Below are positions 1-11,500 of a stretch of 64,000 nt of DNA, in pieces. Positions within the stretch are counted from its first letter, which is position 1. Each line of letters begins with the position of its first letter. Made by a program: the position numbers and the translations under genes. Where the stretch lies: assembly GCA_963674965.2 (NCBI GenBank), contig CAXXFL010000006.1, forward strand, positions 416,001-480,000, given 5' to 3'. Source of the stretch: a bacterium. GTDB taxonomy: Bacteria; RBG-13-61-14; DATKZS01. The notes under the pieces are model-generated. The model was not told where the DNA came from and searched no databases. It saw only the letters and a program-made list of their open reading frames with translations.

Positions 1-633
1 CGTGCTCATGCCGTAGGCCCCGTCCTTCATGGCCCCCTCGAGCAGGGCCTTCATCTCCTCCAGTTGTTCCTGGCTGGGCCTTCCTTGCGCGTGCCCCATG
101 GCCGTCTCCCGAATGATTCCGTGGGGCGCGAGCATGGCCAGGTTGACGGAGGTCCCGTTCGACTCGACCTCCTTGAAATAATCGGCCAGGGTCGCGAACT
201 GGAGTTTGCCGTCCTCGAGGCCCAGCGCCGCCAGGTAGCCGGCCAGCATGGAGGAGCTTTTCGGCTGAGGGGCCAGGGCGAAGCCGCATTGGCCTCCCAC
301 CACCGTGGTCACTCCCTGCCTGACCACGTTCTCGGCCAGGGGCTGGCGCGTGAGCTGGAAGTCCAGGTGGGAGTGCATGTCGATAAAACCCGGGGCCAGG
401 ACCATGCCCTTGGCGTCGATCACGCGCGTGCCCGCGGGCCAGTCGAGGACCTCGCCTATCTCCTTGATCCGATCTCCCTCGACCAGCACGTCGCCAGTGA
501 AAGACGGGGCCCCCGTCCCATCCACTATACGGGCCCCCTTGAAAAGCACCGTCTCGGACGCGGCAGTGGAAGCGAGGAAGACGAACGTTAAGAAAAATAC
601 CGGCAGGGCGCGTAATAAGTCTTTCGCGCGCAT
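1..633 (-). CDS. N-acyl-D-amino-acid deacylase (D-aminoacylase) family amidohydrolase, runs off window
   Basis: Manual translation from ATG at 633 (RBS AAGGAGG upstream): signal-like N-terminus, IVDGTG, LAPGFIDMHSH, QGVTTVVGGQCG, EGAMKDGAYGMST. Not in ORF track because no stop inside the window. Confidence 0.85.
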   Translation of the reverse strand, partial: MRAKDLLRALPVFFLTFVFLASTAASETVLFKGARIVDGTGAPSFTGDVLVEGDRIKEIGEVLDWPAGTRVIDAKGMVLAPGFIDMHSHLDFQLTRQPLAENVVRQGVTTVVGGQCGFALAPQPKSSSMLAGYLAALGLEDGKLQFATLADYFKEVESNGTSVNLAMLAPHGIIRETAMGHAQGRPSQEQLEEMKALLEGAMKDGAYGMST

Positions 634-697
634 GATCTAGCCTCCTTGCTGTCCGGAAGACGACGAAGAAGTCGGATTTCCCCCGGATAATTCAAGT

Positions 698-1480
698 TTA
701 TTTTTCGGCCTCGCGGTGGACCCGCTTAATCGAGGAGGCCTTCCCCGTTTCGGAGTCGCACTCGATGAGCACGCCGTTAAGCTCGACCGGGCCGCCGGCG
801 GTCTCGAAGCGGTTGGGCATACCAGTGATGAACTTGCGGAGCACGGGCTCGATCTTGACGCCGATGACCGAGTGGCTGGGTCCGGTCATTCCCACGTCCG
901 AGATATAGGCCGTTCCCTTGGGCAGGATTTTCTCGTCGGCCGTGGGCACGTGGGTGTGGGTCCCCACCAGCGCGGTTACCCTTCCGTCCAGGTAATACCC
1001 CAGGGCCTCCTTTTCGCTGGTGGCCTCGGCGTGAAGGTCGACCAAAATCACGCGCACGTCCGGGTCTATCTCGGCGAGAAACCTGTCGGCTGATAAGAAG
1101 GGACAATCGACCGGCGGCATGTAGACCCTGCCCGCCAGGTTGGCCACCGCCGCCGGGCCGCAGTCGGTCTCGACCACCGCCCATCCCCGGCCCGGCACGC
1201 CGTCGGCGTAATTGTCGGGCCGGATGAGGCGGGGACAATCGCCGATTTCCCCGATGAAGTCGCGCCTGTCCCACACGTGGTTGCCCGTGGTCATGACGTC
1301 GACTCCCAGGCCCACGAGCTGGTCGTATATCTGGCGGGACATGCCGAAGCCCCCCGCCGCGTTTTCCACGTTGGCCACCACCAGGTCGGCCTCCAGCTCG
1401 TCAACCAGTTCCGGCAAAAGCCTGGTGAAAAGCTTTCGGCCCGGCTTACCTACCACGTCCCCGATGAAGAATATATTCAA
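698..1480 (-). CDS. ymdB: YmdB/TIGR00282 family metallophosphoesterase
   Basis: GDVVG, NVENAAGG, TGNH, DLHAEATSEK, GTHTHV, DVGMTG motifs; directly downstream of rny. Confidence 0.92.
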   Translation of the reverse strand: MNIFFIGDVVGKPGRKLFTRLLPELVDELEADLVVANVENAAGGFGMSRQIYDQLVGLGVDVMTTGNHVWDRRDFIGEIGDCPRLIRPDNYADGVPGRGWAVVETDCGPAAVANLAGRVYMPPVDCPFLSADRFLAEIDPDVRVILVDLHAEATSEKEALGYYLDGRVTALVGTHTHVPTADEKILPKGTAYISDVGMTGPSHSVIGVKIEPVLRKFITGMPNRFETAGGPVELNGVLIECDSETGKASSIKRVHREAEK

Positions 1481-1543
1481 ACCATCGCCTTTCCATGTCC
1501 GTCTCCATGGCCCGCGCCTCGTTTCGAGGGCGGCCCAAAGTCC

Positions 1544-3103
1544 TTACTTCGCGTAATCGATGGCCCTGGTTTCCCTTACCACCATGACCTTGATCTGTCC
1601 GGGGTAGGTCAGTTCCTGCTCGATTTTCTTGGCGATGTCCTTGCTGAGGATGACGGCCTGCTCGTCGTCCACCTTGTCGCTTTGCACCATGATCCTTATT
1701 TCCCGCCCCGCCTGGATGGCGAAGCTCTTCTCGATGCCCTTGAAGGTCCCGGCGATTTTCTCGAGTTCCTCGAGCCTTCTCACGTAGGTCTCGAGGGTCT
1801 CGCGGCGCGCCCCGGGCCTGGCCCCGGAGAGGGCGTCGGCGGCCTGTATCAGGTTGCCCAGTATGGTCCCGGGCTCGTCGTCGTGATGGGAGGCGATGGC
1901 CTGGACCACGGCGGCGGACTCGCCGTGCTTCTTGGCCAGCTCGGCGCCGATCTGGGCGTGGGACCCCTCGACCTCGTGGTCAACGGCCTTGCCCACGTCG
2001 TGGAGAAGGCCCGCCCGCTTGGCCCGCTTGATGTTTATGCCCAGCTCCGAGGCCATGACGCCGCATAAAAAGGCGACCTCCATGGCGTGCAGGTACTGGT
2101 TCTGGCCGTAGCTGGTCCGGTACTTGAGGCGGCCGATCAGCTTGATAAGCTCGGGGTTGACCCCGTGGACCCCGAGGTCGAAAGTGGCCTGCTGCCCGGA
2201 CTCCCGCACCCCGTCCATGACCTCCTTCTCCGCCTTGCGCACTATCTCCTCGATGCGCGCCGGATGGATGCGGCCGTCCTGAATCAGCCGCTCGAGGGAA
2301 AGCCTGGCTATCTCGCGAGCGATGGGGTTGAAGCTCGAGAGGACCACCGCCTCGGGCGTGTCGTCCACGATCAGGTCCACGCCGGTGGCGGCCTCGAGCG
2401 CCCGGATGTTGCGGCCCTCCCGCCCGATGATCCGACCCTTCATCTCGTCCGAGGGAAGGGCAACGACCGTAACCGTGCGCTCGGTCACGTAGTCGGCCGC
2501 GTAGCGGTCGATGGCCAGGCTGAGTATCTTCTTCGAGCTCTTCTCCGCCTGCTCCTTGGTCTCCTCCTCGATCTCCCGAATCTTGCGGGCCGCCTCGTGC
2601 TTGGCCTCCTCGAGCATCGAGTCAATGAGCTGCTTCTTGGCCTCCTGCGAGCTCATGCGAGCCACTTTCTCCAGCTCCTTTTGGGTTTCCTCGATGAGCT
2701 GGTTGTATTTGTCCTCCCTGGACTTGAGGTCGTTGTCCCGCTGCTGGAGCTTTTTGTCCCTCTCCTGGAAGTCCATCTCCTTTTTGTCCAGAAGCTCCAT
2801 CTTCTTGTCCAGGTTCTCCTCCCGGTGGATCAGGCGCTGCTGCATGGACTTGTGCTCGTCCTGCAGCTTCCTGGACTCGGTGTCCATCTCCAGCTTCGCC
2901 TGGTAAAGGAAATCCTTGGCCTGAAGCTCGGCCTCCTTCACGATCCGCTTCGAGTCCGAGTCCGCCTCCCTCCTGATTCGCTCGGCCTCCTCGGCCGCCG
3001 CCAAAACGCGGCTGCCGCCCAGCTTCTTCAAGCCCATGTAAAGGCCGGTGGCCCCCAGTCCAGCGCCGATTAAAAACAGAAAAACGTAAGCTAAAGTCTC
3101 CAC
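1544..3103 (-). CDS. rny: Ribonuclease Y
   Basis: N-terminal TM, coiled coil, KH motif [16 protein letters not shown] motif [20 protein letters not shown]. Confidence 0.97.
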   Translation of the reverse strand: METLAYVFLFLIGAGLGATGLYMGLKKLGGSRVLAAAEEAERIRREADSDSKRIVKEAELQAKDFLYQAKLEMDTESRKLQDEHKSMQQRLIHREENLDKKMELLDKKEMDFQERDKKLQQRDNDLKSREDKYNQLIEETQKELEKVARMSSQEAKKQLIDSMLEEAKHEAARKIREIEEETKEQAEKSSKKILSLAIDRYAADYVTERTVTVVALPSDEMKGRIIGREGRNIRALEAATGVDLIVDDTPEAVVLSSFNPIAREIARLSLERLIQDGRIHPARIEEIVRKAEKEVMDGVRESGQQATFDLGVHGVNPELIKLIGRLKYRTSYGQNQYLHAMEVAFLCGVMASELGINIKRAKRAGLLHDVGKAVDHEVEGSHAQIGAELAKKHGESAAVVQAIASHHDDEPGTILGNLIQAADALSGARPGARRETLETYVRRLEELEKIAGTFKGIEKSFAIQAGREIRIMVQSDKVDDEQAVILSKDIAKKIEQELTYPGQIKVMVVRETRAIDYAK

Positions 3104-3128
3104 GGTTTGTCTCCTTCCCTATATATAT

Positions 3129-3737
3129 TCAGCCGCCGCTCCGATCGCCGGACGGCAGTACCTTGCTTTCCGTGACGATGGCCGATAAAAACACGTCGTG
3201 CTCGTCCATGGGGACCTCGCTCACCAGTTGGAAGTCGTAGCCGACCCCCACCAGCGCGGCCCCCGGCCTGGTCTTCTCGAGCACCCGGTCGTAACAGCCC
3301 ATGCCATATCCAAGCCTTCCCCCTCTCCGGTCGAAGGCTATGCCCGGAACGAGGACGAAGTCGAACTCGCCGTAGTCCGCGGCCTCCCCTTCCGGACCGG
3401 GCTCGGGAATCCCGAGAGGGGAGATGATCAGGCCGTCCCAGTCCGAGACCCGGAAGAAATCCAGCTCGGGCCCTTTTCCCCGCACCCGGGGGAGAAAAAC
3501 CCTGACTCCTTCCCGAATCAGGTCCTCGAAAAGAGGCCGGGTGTTCACCTCGAGGTCGGCCGAGGCGTAAAGGGCCACGTTCCGGCGTCCCTGTAAAAGG
3601 CCGCTTTCCTTAAGACCGGCCATGACCCTGGCGCTCATGCGCCGGGCGCTTTCCTCGGACAATCCTTGCCTCATGGCCCGGATTTCCCTTCGCAGCGCCT
3701 TTTTTTTCTCCCGTATCATCGCGGACGTTTCGCTCAT
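3129..3737 (-). CDS. 5-formyltetrahydrofolate cyclo-ligase
   Basis: KKALRREI, GIPEP, VPGIAFDRRGGRLGYGMGCYDR, DEHD; typical position downstream of 6S RNA; start codon uncertain. Confidence 0.92.
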   Translation of the reverse strand: MSETSAMIREKKKALRREIRAMRQGLSEESARRMSARVMAGLKESGLLQGRRNVALYASADLEVNTRPLFEDLIREGVRVFLPRVRGKGPELDFFRVSDWDGLIISPLGIPEPGPEGEAADYGEFDFVLVPGIAFDRRGGRLGYGMGCYDRVLEKTRPGAALVGVGYDFQLVSEVPMDEHDVFLSAIVTESKVLPSGDRSGG

Positions 3738-4116
3738 ATCCAAACTAAAGGTCGGATCGGACCAAGGGCGCAAGACGCCCCGCCTGGGGAAGGCCGTTAT
3801 CGAGGAGAGTAAATGGACCTATTTGGAAATATTGATACTATGGCTCGCGACGTTGGGCTATATCGCCCTGGGCTTTTGTTGTCCCACTATCGAGTCCCAA
3901 ATACAATATTGCGCCGACGCCGGGAGAGCAAGGCACTACCGATACGAAATTTTCCCGTCGTCTTATTACTTCAAAACCATCAAAGGCCATGGACTTCTCC
4001 GTTTGAAACGGCTCTCATTTTCCCGCTTTGGCGAAAGCGCGCCAGGCTATAAATACTACTTTTATCGCCTGGTCCGCGGTTTCGCCGCCTTGGCGATCGA
4101 TCCGGATTAATTGTCA

Positions 4117-4305
4117 TCCCCCGCTTCTGCCGTGTGGACGGCCATTCTCAGAACCCGGTGAAACCAGGTGGGCGCCGTATTGACGCTTTTGGATCCTGAA
4201 CGAGACGGTAAGCTCTCCAGGTTCACGCCACGACAAGGAACAGCCCCCAATCATGAGATATCGGTTCAAAAGATACAACCGGCCAATCACGAGCAGCGCA
4301 GGGGA
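4117..4305 (-). ncRNA. ssrS: 6S RNA
   Basis: ~190 nt between zapA and 5-FCL (conserved ssrS synteny); complementary ends TCCCCTGCGCTGC...GCAGAAGCGGGGGA, internal TTGAACC and CGCCCACCTG segments typical of 6S. Confidence 0.85.
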
Positions 4306-4320
4306 TAGACCTCCTAATTC

Positions 4321-4590
4321 CTATTCCGGCAAAATGGACAAAAGCTCATCGACCCGCTCATTGAGGTCGGAAAAGACTCGGTCCATGTCCGCCTTGTCTT
4401 TAAACCATTCATCGGCCACGTTCAGGGCCGTGAGAACGCCTCCCTTGGCGCTCAGTCCCTGGTTGGGCCCGCCTAACAGCCTGTTCATCATCTGGTCAAC
4501 GTAGAGCGCGACCCGCTCGATCCGCCTGGGGTCGTCCCCCTTGATCGAATAGGTCTGGCCGTAGATTTTAACGCTGTGATCAACGCTCAC
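4321..4590 (-). CDS. zapA: Cell division protein ZapA
   Basis: VKIYGQTYSIKG...VALYVDQMM...VLTALNVADE; GTG start at 4590 overlapping upstream gene. Confidence 0.88.
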   Translation of the reverse strand: MSVDHSVKIYGQTYSIKGDDPRRIERVALYVDQMMNRLLGGPNQGLSAKGGVLTALNVADEWFKDKADMDRVFSDLNERVDELLSILPE

Positions 4591-4900
4591 CCTCGATGAC
4601 CCCCGCTTCCCGCGTCTGGAAGGAATCGGACTCGCCGTCTTCCTCCCGGCTGGACGAGTCGCCAAGAGACTCGATACTCTCGATCAGGTCGCCGATCATG
4701 GCCGAGGCTTTGGTCCTTACCGACCTCTCCTCCTCGAGCACCACCCGAAGTCGCGAATTCTCGGCCTCCATGGACCGGACCTTTTCCCTGAGCGAGGCGA
4801 CCTCATCTCGCGTCGAGCGGTTCTCGACCGCCATCTTCCTCACGCGGCGCTCAAGTTCCGCGAACTTTTCCAAAAACATACGAAGGGATTCTTCCACCAT
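4580..4900 (-). CDS. ZapB-like coiled-coil protein
   Basis: Short all-coiled-coil protein immediately upstream of zapA. Confidence 0.65.
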   Translation of the reverse strand: MVEESLRMFLEKFAELERRVRKMAVENRSTRDEVASLREKVRSMEAENSRLRVVLEEERSVRTKASAMIGDLIESIESLGDSSSREEDGESDSFQTREAGVIEGER

Positions 4901-5153
4901 TACTTGACTATATCCTTACCCCTGAGGCAAGTCAAGATCGGCTTTACAAACGATTATATTTTGAGCGCAAACCGATGGGACGCGAGGCAATAAGCGGGTT
5001 TTTCATTGGGCCACGAGGCCTTCGCGGGGCGTCTATTCTTTACCGTTATAAATGCCTTTGCCGGATCGAGAACGGCGGGAACCATCATTGAAAATGAAAA
5101 AAACCGGCGATCGATTTTCATTGACGGCCGCGCTCGTGCTATCCTTATTGACC

Positions 5154-6665
5154 ATGGCTGAAAAATTCAACGCCCTGGTCATAGGCGCCGGGCTGGGTGG
5201 ACTGTGCGCCGCCGCCAGGTTGCGGCGCGAAGGGCTCAAGGTACTCGTCCTCGAGCGGGCCCCGCACCATGGGGGCACAAGTCACGTTTTCCACCGCCGG
5301 GGCTACGACTTTCCCATGGGTCCCCTTGGCTTCTCGAGCCCCGCGCTGGTCAAGCGAAGGCTCGAGGAACTGGGAGCGCGCTCGGACCTCGAGTTCAGCC
5401 GGGTCGATTACAGGGTCAGGGCCTTCGGGCTCGACCTGCCACTAAGCCTGCCCTTCGAGAGCATGAAAAAGGAATACGGCGCGGCTTTTCCCCTCGAGGC
5501 CGAGGCCGTTTCCAGGTTCTTTGACGACATGGCCTCCATCGCCGCCGCCATGAAAAACCCGGAAAAGGCGGATGCCATAGGACTCGCGACGCGTGCCGCC
5601 TCCACCAGCGCCTTCGACTACGTGGAGGAACTGTTCGAGGACGCCCGTCTGAAAATGACGCTTGGCGGCATGGGCGCGGACGAGCCCTACTCGAGCCAGG
5701 CCCTTTTGGCGGCCATGTTCCACCTTATGTGCGAGGTGGGGGTCTGGTTTCCCCAAGGCGGGGTCCGGACGATTGGGGACCGCCTCGCCGAAGTCGTCTC
5801 CTCCCGGGAGGGCGATGGAAAGGGAGAGATCAGGCTGGGTAGCGAGGTAATCGAGGTACTGATCGAGGACGGCGTGGCCAGGGGGGTGGCCCTGGCCGAC
5901 GGGACCAAGATCGACGCCGACTTCGTGGTTTCCAACGCCGACTATAAGAGCACCTTTTTGAAACTGGTCTTCCCCGAGTTCGTGCCCGAGGAGTTTTTCA
6001 TGGAGGTATTCAACTCGAGGCAGACCTCGTCCAACCTCCAGGTCAGCCTCGGCCTCGACCCGGCAAAGGCCGACCTGGGGGCCTTTAAACGGGCGCAGAG
6101 AATCGTCTACCGCCGCGGGGGCATGCCCCCCTTCGCCGAGCCCGACTGGCGCTCGCTCGAGATAAATCCCAGGGACCTGGCCGGCCAGAGCATGGAGATC
6201 GCCCTGTGGAGCGCCCACGACGCGTCCGTCGCCCCCGAGGGCAAGGCGGCCGTCGTCATCAGGGTCGAGGCGGACTATCCCCATTTCACGCGCTATCGTC
6301 CGGGACGGGGCAAGCGCGTGGACTCTTATCTCGAGTACAAGACGCGGCTGGGCAAGGCCCTGGTCGAGGAGGCGGAAAACCTTATTCCCGGACTCGGCGC
6401 GGCCGTCGAGTTCATGGACGTGGCCACTCCGCTCACCTTCGAGGAAAGAGGGGGCCGGAGCGGCGGCGCGGTGGCGGGTTGGTCCTGGAACTTCGAGGAC
6501 AACAAGGACTTCCAGGCCCGGGAAATGATACGAACGCCCCTTCACCGCCTCTACATGGCGGGTTATCAGGCTTATTCCTCGCTTTTCATGGGCGGAGTTC
6601 CCATGGCCATGGAAAGCGGAATCAAGGCGGCCGAGCTGGCGATGGATGGCTCCGGCCCCGGATAG
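5154..6665 (+). CDS. Phytoene desaturase-like FAD-dependent oxidoreductase
   Basis: VIGAGLGGL Rossmann motif, LERAPHHGG, PQGG, VVSNAD, ATPLTFE; likely start ATG 5154. Confidence 0.85.
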   Translation: MAEKFNALVIGAGLGGLCAAARLRREGLKVLVLERAPHHGGTSHVFHRRGYDFPMGPLGFSSPALVKRRLEELGARSDLEFSRVDYRVRAFGLDLPLSLPFESMKKEYGAAFPLEAEAVSRFFDDMASIAAAMKNPEKADAIGLATRAASTSAFDYVEELFEDARLKMTLGGMGADEPYSSQALLAAMFHLMCEVGVWFPQGGVRTIGDRLAEVVSSREGDGKGEIRLGSEVIEVLIEDGVARGVALADGTKIDADFVVSNADYKSTFLKLVFPEFVPEEFFMEVFNSRQTSSNLQVSLGLDPAKADLGAFKRAQRIVYRRGGMPPFAEPDWRSLEINPRDLAGQSMEIALWSAHDASVAPEGKAAVVIRVEADYPHFTRYRPGRGKRVDSYLEYKTRLGKALVEEAENLIPGLGAAVEFMDVATPLTFEERGGRSGGAVAGWSWNFEDNKDFQAREMIRTPLHRLYMAGYQAYSSLFMGGVPMAMESGIKAAELAMDGSGPG

Positions 6666-6681
6666 GAGGCAAGGAGGACAA

Positions 6682-8406
6682 ATGGAACTGAGAATAGGCC
6701 GCGGCATAAAGCCCGTAAATCCCAGGAGCTTCATTCCGGACGACGCGGACCTGGGCGACCCGGAGGTGGTCGAATCGTTGTTCGACAAACTGGCCGGGCT
6801 TGCCCTGGAGGGACGCGAGGGTCTCGAGTCCTGGCTCCTTAAATGGAGCGAGCTGGCGTCGGCCATTCAGGAGGAGGAGGCCACCCGCTACATCCGGATG
6901 ACCCTGCAGACCGACGACGAGGACAGGGAAAAAGACTTCATGCACTTCGTGGAAAACATCTCGCCCCGGATCAAGCCCCGGCAGCACCAGATGGCCAAAA
7001 AGTTCCTCGAGTCTCCCTTCGTCGCCGAACTCGACCCCGATCGCTACGGCGTGTTGATAAGGGACCTCAAGAACGAGGTTTCCCTCTTCCGCGAGGAAAA
7101 CGTGGCCCTCCAGACGGAGGACGAGAAGCTGTCCCAGTCCTACCAGAAAACCATCGCCGCCATGACCATCGAGTGGGAGGGAGAGGAGATTACCCTCCAG
7201 CGGGCGGCCAAATACCTCGAGGTCACGGACCGGGAGGTGAGGCGCTCGGTTTGGGAAAGAATCACCGAGCGCAGGCTGAAGGACGCTGAAAAACTCGATG
7301 ACCTCTATGATGAAATGATCCGGATAAGGACGAGGATCGCCCAAAACGCGGGGTTCGAAAACTTCCGGGATTACGCCTTCAAGGCCCGGGGCCGCTTCGA
7401 TTACGGGGTGTCGGACTGCGAGAACTTCCACGCGGCCATCAAAGAGGTCGTAGTGCCCCTGTATCGGGAGAGGGAGGAACTCAGAAGAAAAAGAATGGGC
7501 CTTGACAAGCTTCGTCCCTGGGACCTCCAGCCCGATCCGCTTGGCCGGCCTCCCCTTCAGCCTTTCGAGAAGGTCGGCGAGCTACTGGACGGATGCGGGC
7601 GCATATTTGACGAACTCGATCCCGCGCTGGGCGAGCGTTTCAAATACATGGCCGATCACGAGCTCATCGAGCTCGAGAGCAGGAAGGGCAAGGCCCCCGG
7701 GGCCTACAGCCACAGCCTGGAGGAGACGCGGGTCCCCTTTATTTTTCAAAGCGCCGTGGGAAGGGACTCGGACGTCAACACCCTGCTCCACGAGTCGGGG
7801 CATTCCTTTCACACCCTCGAGAGCCGGGACGAGCCGCTCGTGTTCTACCGCCACGCTCCCATCGAGTTCGCCGAGGTGGCCTCGATGAGCATGGAGTTCC
7901 TCGGGAGCGACCACCTCGAGGTCTTTTATGGCGAGGAGGACGCCCTGCGCTCGAGGGAGCAGCATCTCGAGAGCGTGATCTGGATTTTCTGCTGGATCGC
8001 CGCGGTCGACGCCTTCCAGCACTGGGTATACACCCATCCCGGCCGCGGCCGGGAGGAAAGGGCCGCCGAGTGGACTCGTCTTCGCGATGAGTTCGGCGGC
8101 GTCGAGGACTGGTCGGGGCACGAGGAGGCCAGAAAACGCGAGTGGCACCGCCAGATTCATATTTTCGAGATACCATTTTATTACGTCGAGTACGGGATAG
8201 CCGAGTTGGGGGCGCTCCAGATTTGGGTCAGGGCCATGGATGACAAGAAGACCGCTCTCCAGGATTACCGCCGCGCCCTTTCGCTGGGGGGGTCCAGGCC
8301 GCTTCCCGATCTTTTTCGGGCGGCGGGCGTCAGGTTCGACATGACGGCCGAAACGCTGGCCCCCCTGATGGCGAGGGTCAGGAAGAAACTTGACGAGACG
8401 GGGTAG
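6682..8406 (+). CDS. M3 family oligoendopeptidase (PepF-like)
   Basis: HESGH zinc motif, RKGKAPG, EFAEVASMSME, HIF..PFYYVEY; RBS AGGAGG before 6682. Confidence 0.92.
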   Translation: MELRIGRGIKPVNPRSFIPDDADLGDPEVVESLFDKLAGLALEGREGLESWLLKWSELASAIQEEEATRYIRMTLQTDDEDREKDFMHFVENISPRIKPRQHQMAKKFLESPFVAELDPDRYGVLIRDLKNEVSLFREENVALQTEDEKLSQSYQKTIAAMTIEWEGEEITLQRAAKYLEVTDREVRRSVWERITERRLKDAEKLDDLYDEMIRIRTRIAQNAGFENFRDYAFKARGRFDYGVSDCENFHAAIKEVVVPLYREREELRRKRMGLDKLRPWDLQPDPLGRPPLQPFEKVGELLDGCGRIFDELDPALGERFKYMADHELIELESRKGKAPGAYSHSLEETRVPFIFQSAVGRDSDVNTLLHESGHSFHTLESRDEPLVFYRHAPIEFAEVASMSMEFLGSDHLEVFYGEEDALRSREQHLESVIWIFCWIAAVDAFQHWVYTHPGRGREERAAEWTRLRDEFGGVEDWSGHEEARKREWHRQIHIFEIPFYYVEYGIAELGALQIWVRAMDDKKTALQDYRRALSLGGSRPLPDLFRAAGVRFDMTAETLAPLMARVRKKLDETG

Positions 8407-8577
8407 ATTTATATAGCCGCGGAAGGGGCCCTGGGCCTCTCCCGGTTGGTTCCCGGGCCGATCTTCCAGGTCAAGAATGAAAAGGAATACGCGCGTGAAA
8501 ATTGTATACTACCATGGCCGCGGGGCGCGGGCCTCCCGCAACCCGACGCCCGCGGCGCCGGTTAAAAGGAGCGGCTG

Positions 8578-11500
8578 ATGTCGGACGATCGCAACCTGCT
8601 TTTCGGGGTAATGGCCGTCCAGCTCAAGTTCGTGACGCCCCAGGACCTCATGCTGGCGGCGGCCGCCTGGGCGGTCAACCGGGACGCCACTTTAAAAGAG
8701 CACCTGCTCGAGAAAGGCCTGATCACGGACCGCGTGTGCAACATGATCGAGGGCCTTCTTGAGGAACAGGTGGCGGCCCACGACGGCAACGTGCATAAGA
8801 CCCTGCAGAGCTTCGGAGGCGACCGGGCGGTCCACGAGAGCTTCGCCGCCTCCTCCGTCATATTCGAAAAAGGCGCCCTGGACAGCTTCGGGGGAGGCGA
8901 GCCGGCCACCGTCGCCATCCGAAAGGAGCCCGAGGCTTTTCCCGAGATAGGCTGCGTCTCCTCCTCCGGTTCTCCCGTCAACGCCGACGGGGGCGCCAAC
9001 GGCGAGCCCCTCGAGGACGTGGACGCCCTCACCTTCGAGCATCCCGGCCGCTATACCATCAAGGGCGAGCACTCGAAGGGAGGCATAGGCCGCATACTCG
9101 TGGCCTACGACTCGCACGTTGGCCGCGAGATAGCGATGAAGGAACTTTTGCCCGACGGCTCGATCGGCACCCCCAGCTTCGAGAGCGGCAGCCGCAAGAC
9201 GACGGCCCTGTTGAGGCGCTTTCTGAGGGAGGCCCGGGTAACGGGCCAGCTCGAGCATCCGGCCATCATTCCGGTTTACGAGGTGGGCAAGAGGCCCGAC
9301 GGCTCCATTTACTACACCATGAAGCTGGTGCGGGGAAGGACCCTGCAAACGGCCATCAAGGAGGCGGGCCGCCTGGAGGAAAGGCTCAAGCTTCTCACTC
9401 ATTTCCACGACCTGTGCAACGCTATCCGCTACGCTCATTCCCGCTGCGTGATCCATCGCGACATAAAGCCCCAGAACGTGATGGTGGGAGAGTTCGGCGA
9501 GACGGTGGTCCTTGACTGGGGCCTGGCCAAGGTCAAGGGCAAAAGGGACGACCGGGCCAGGAGCATCGAGCGCGACCTCCAGCTTATTCGCGAGGCCGGG
9601 GCCATGGAGACGGTCAAGGGGACCCCCATGGGCACGCCGGCCTACATGAGCCCGGAACAGGCGGAGGGCAAGCTGGAGGCGGTCGACGAGCGCTCCGACG
9701 TATGGAGCCTGGGCGCGGTGCTCTATGAGATACTGACCGGCGAGATTCCGTTCCAGGGGGTCAACGCCTACGAGATCATGGGGCACGTGTTAAAGGACGA
9801 CCCCCGGCCAGTGCGGTCCGTCGATCCACTGGCCCCCGACGAGATGGCGGCCGTGGCCATGAAGTGCCTTCGCAAGGAGCCCGAGGAGAGGTACCAGTCG
9901 GCCGAGGAACTTGCCCTCGACGTGGAAAACTATCTCACCGGCCGTCTCGTCTCGGCTTACGATTATTCCAGGGTGGCCCTGGCCAAGAGATGGATAAAAA
10001 AGAGATGGCCCATCGTTCTCACGGCCTCCGCCGCGATATTGGCGCTTCTAATAACCTTTGGCTGGTCCTACGTGAACATAAGGGCCGAAAAGGACAGGGT
10101 CGTCGAGCAGAGAAACGCGGCCCTTCGCAACATCGCCGAGGCCTATTTCGCCTATGGCCACTGGGCGGCGGCCGAAGCCAGGTGGCCCACGGCCGAGGTA
10201 TACCTGGCAAAATCCCTGTTAATGGACGATCGCGACGAGACTCGCTACGCCCTCAATTACGCCCATACCATGCCCCGGGTCCAGGCCAGGCTCAAGTTCC
10301 TCATGGCGGGACACGAGGGAAGCGTAATAAATATCGAGATCAGCCCTTACGGCGAATACCTGGCCTCGGCGGGACTGGACGGGACCGCCAGGCTCTGGAA
10401 CATGGAGACGGGCTCCGAGTTGGCGGTCTTTAAAAATCACACCGACAAGGTCTTCAACGTGGCCTTTTCCTCAGACGGCAAATATTTCGCCAGCGCCGGA
10501 GCGGACGGCCAAGTCTGCGTTTATGAGACGGGGAACGCCCGGTTTGTAAAGTGCATGCCCGGCACGGGCAAAAGGCTGTTCCGTCTGGCCTGGAGCCCCA
10601 CGCGGGATTTATTGGCGGCCGTCGGCGACGACCCGGTGGCCGTGGTCTGGGACACGGCCACCTGGAGCCGCAAATACGAGCTAATAGGCCATGACGCCAA
10701 GATATGGGGGATCGGCTTCAACCCGGCGGGAGATATCATCGCCACCTGGAGCCGGGACTGGACGGCCAGGACTTGGGACTCGCGGACGGGCAAGCCTCTC
10801 AGCCGTTTCGTGGGCCACCGGAACTCGGTCTCGAGCGCCGAGTTTCTTCCCGGCGGCAGGCTGATGTCAACCAGTTGGGACAAGACCCTTCGCGTCTGGG
10901 ACCTTCAGACGGGCGAGCAGATATTCGCCCATGACCATCCGGGAGCGCCCATCAGGGTCTTCCTCTTTCCCGACAAGCGCCGGGCCCTCATTGGATACGA
11001 GGAGGGCATGGTCAGGCTCATCGACACGGACGAGGACGAGGAAATCCGCTCGTGGAAATCGGCCCACTCGGGCCAGCTTCTGCACCTCGCCGGGCTGGGT
11101 ACCAGCGGCGGCTTCATCACCAGCGGCGGCGACGGTTTCGTACGGCTTTGGGACGTGGACGAGGAGGAGCCGGCCGAGACGCTTCAGGGGACGGAGGGGT
11201 TCTCGATCGAGCGCGTCGCCTCGGGCCCTTACGGCGACTCGATCGCCGCGGCGGGAAGGGACGGGATTATCCGAGTCTGGTCGCTTCGGGACAAGGGCGG
11301 GGTAAGGCGCGTCAAGGCCCTTGACTCCGACCTCCTGGACATGGCCCTTGACGGCGAGGGCAAGGTGGCGGCCGTGTCGGGCGACAAGGGAAGCGTGTCC
11401 ATCATCGACGCGGCGGGGGCCGAGCGCGTCGCGGTGCTCGTGGCCGACACCTCCGGGGCCGCGGTGAACGCCGTATCCCTCAGCGGGGACGGCCGGTTCA

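Noticed and set aside
3740-4110. ORFs 3622-4110 and 3813-4052 between 5-FCL and 6S RNA
   Set aside because: Opposite strand to the operon, no recognisable motifs.
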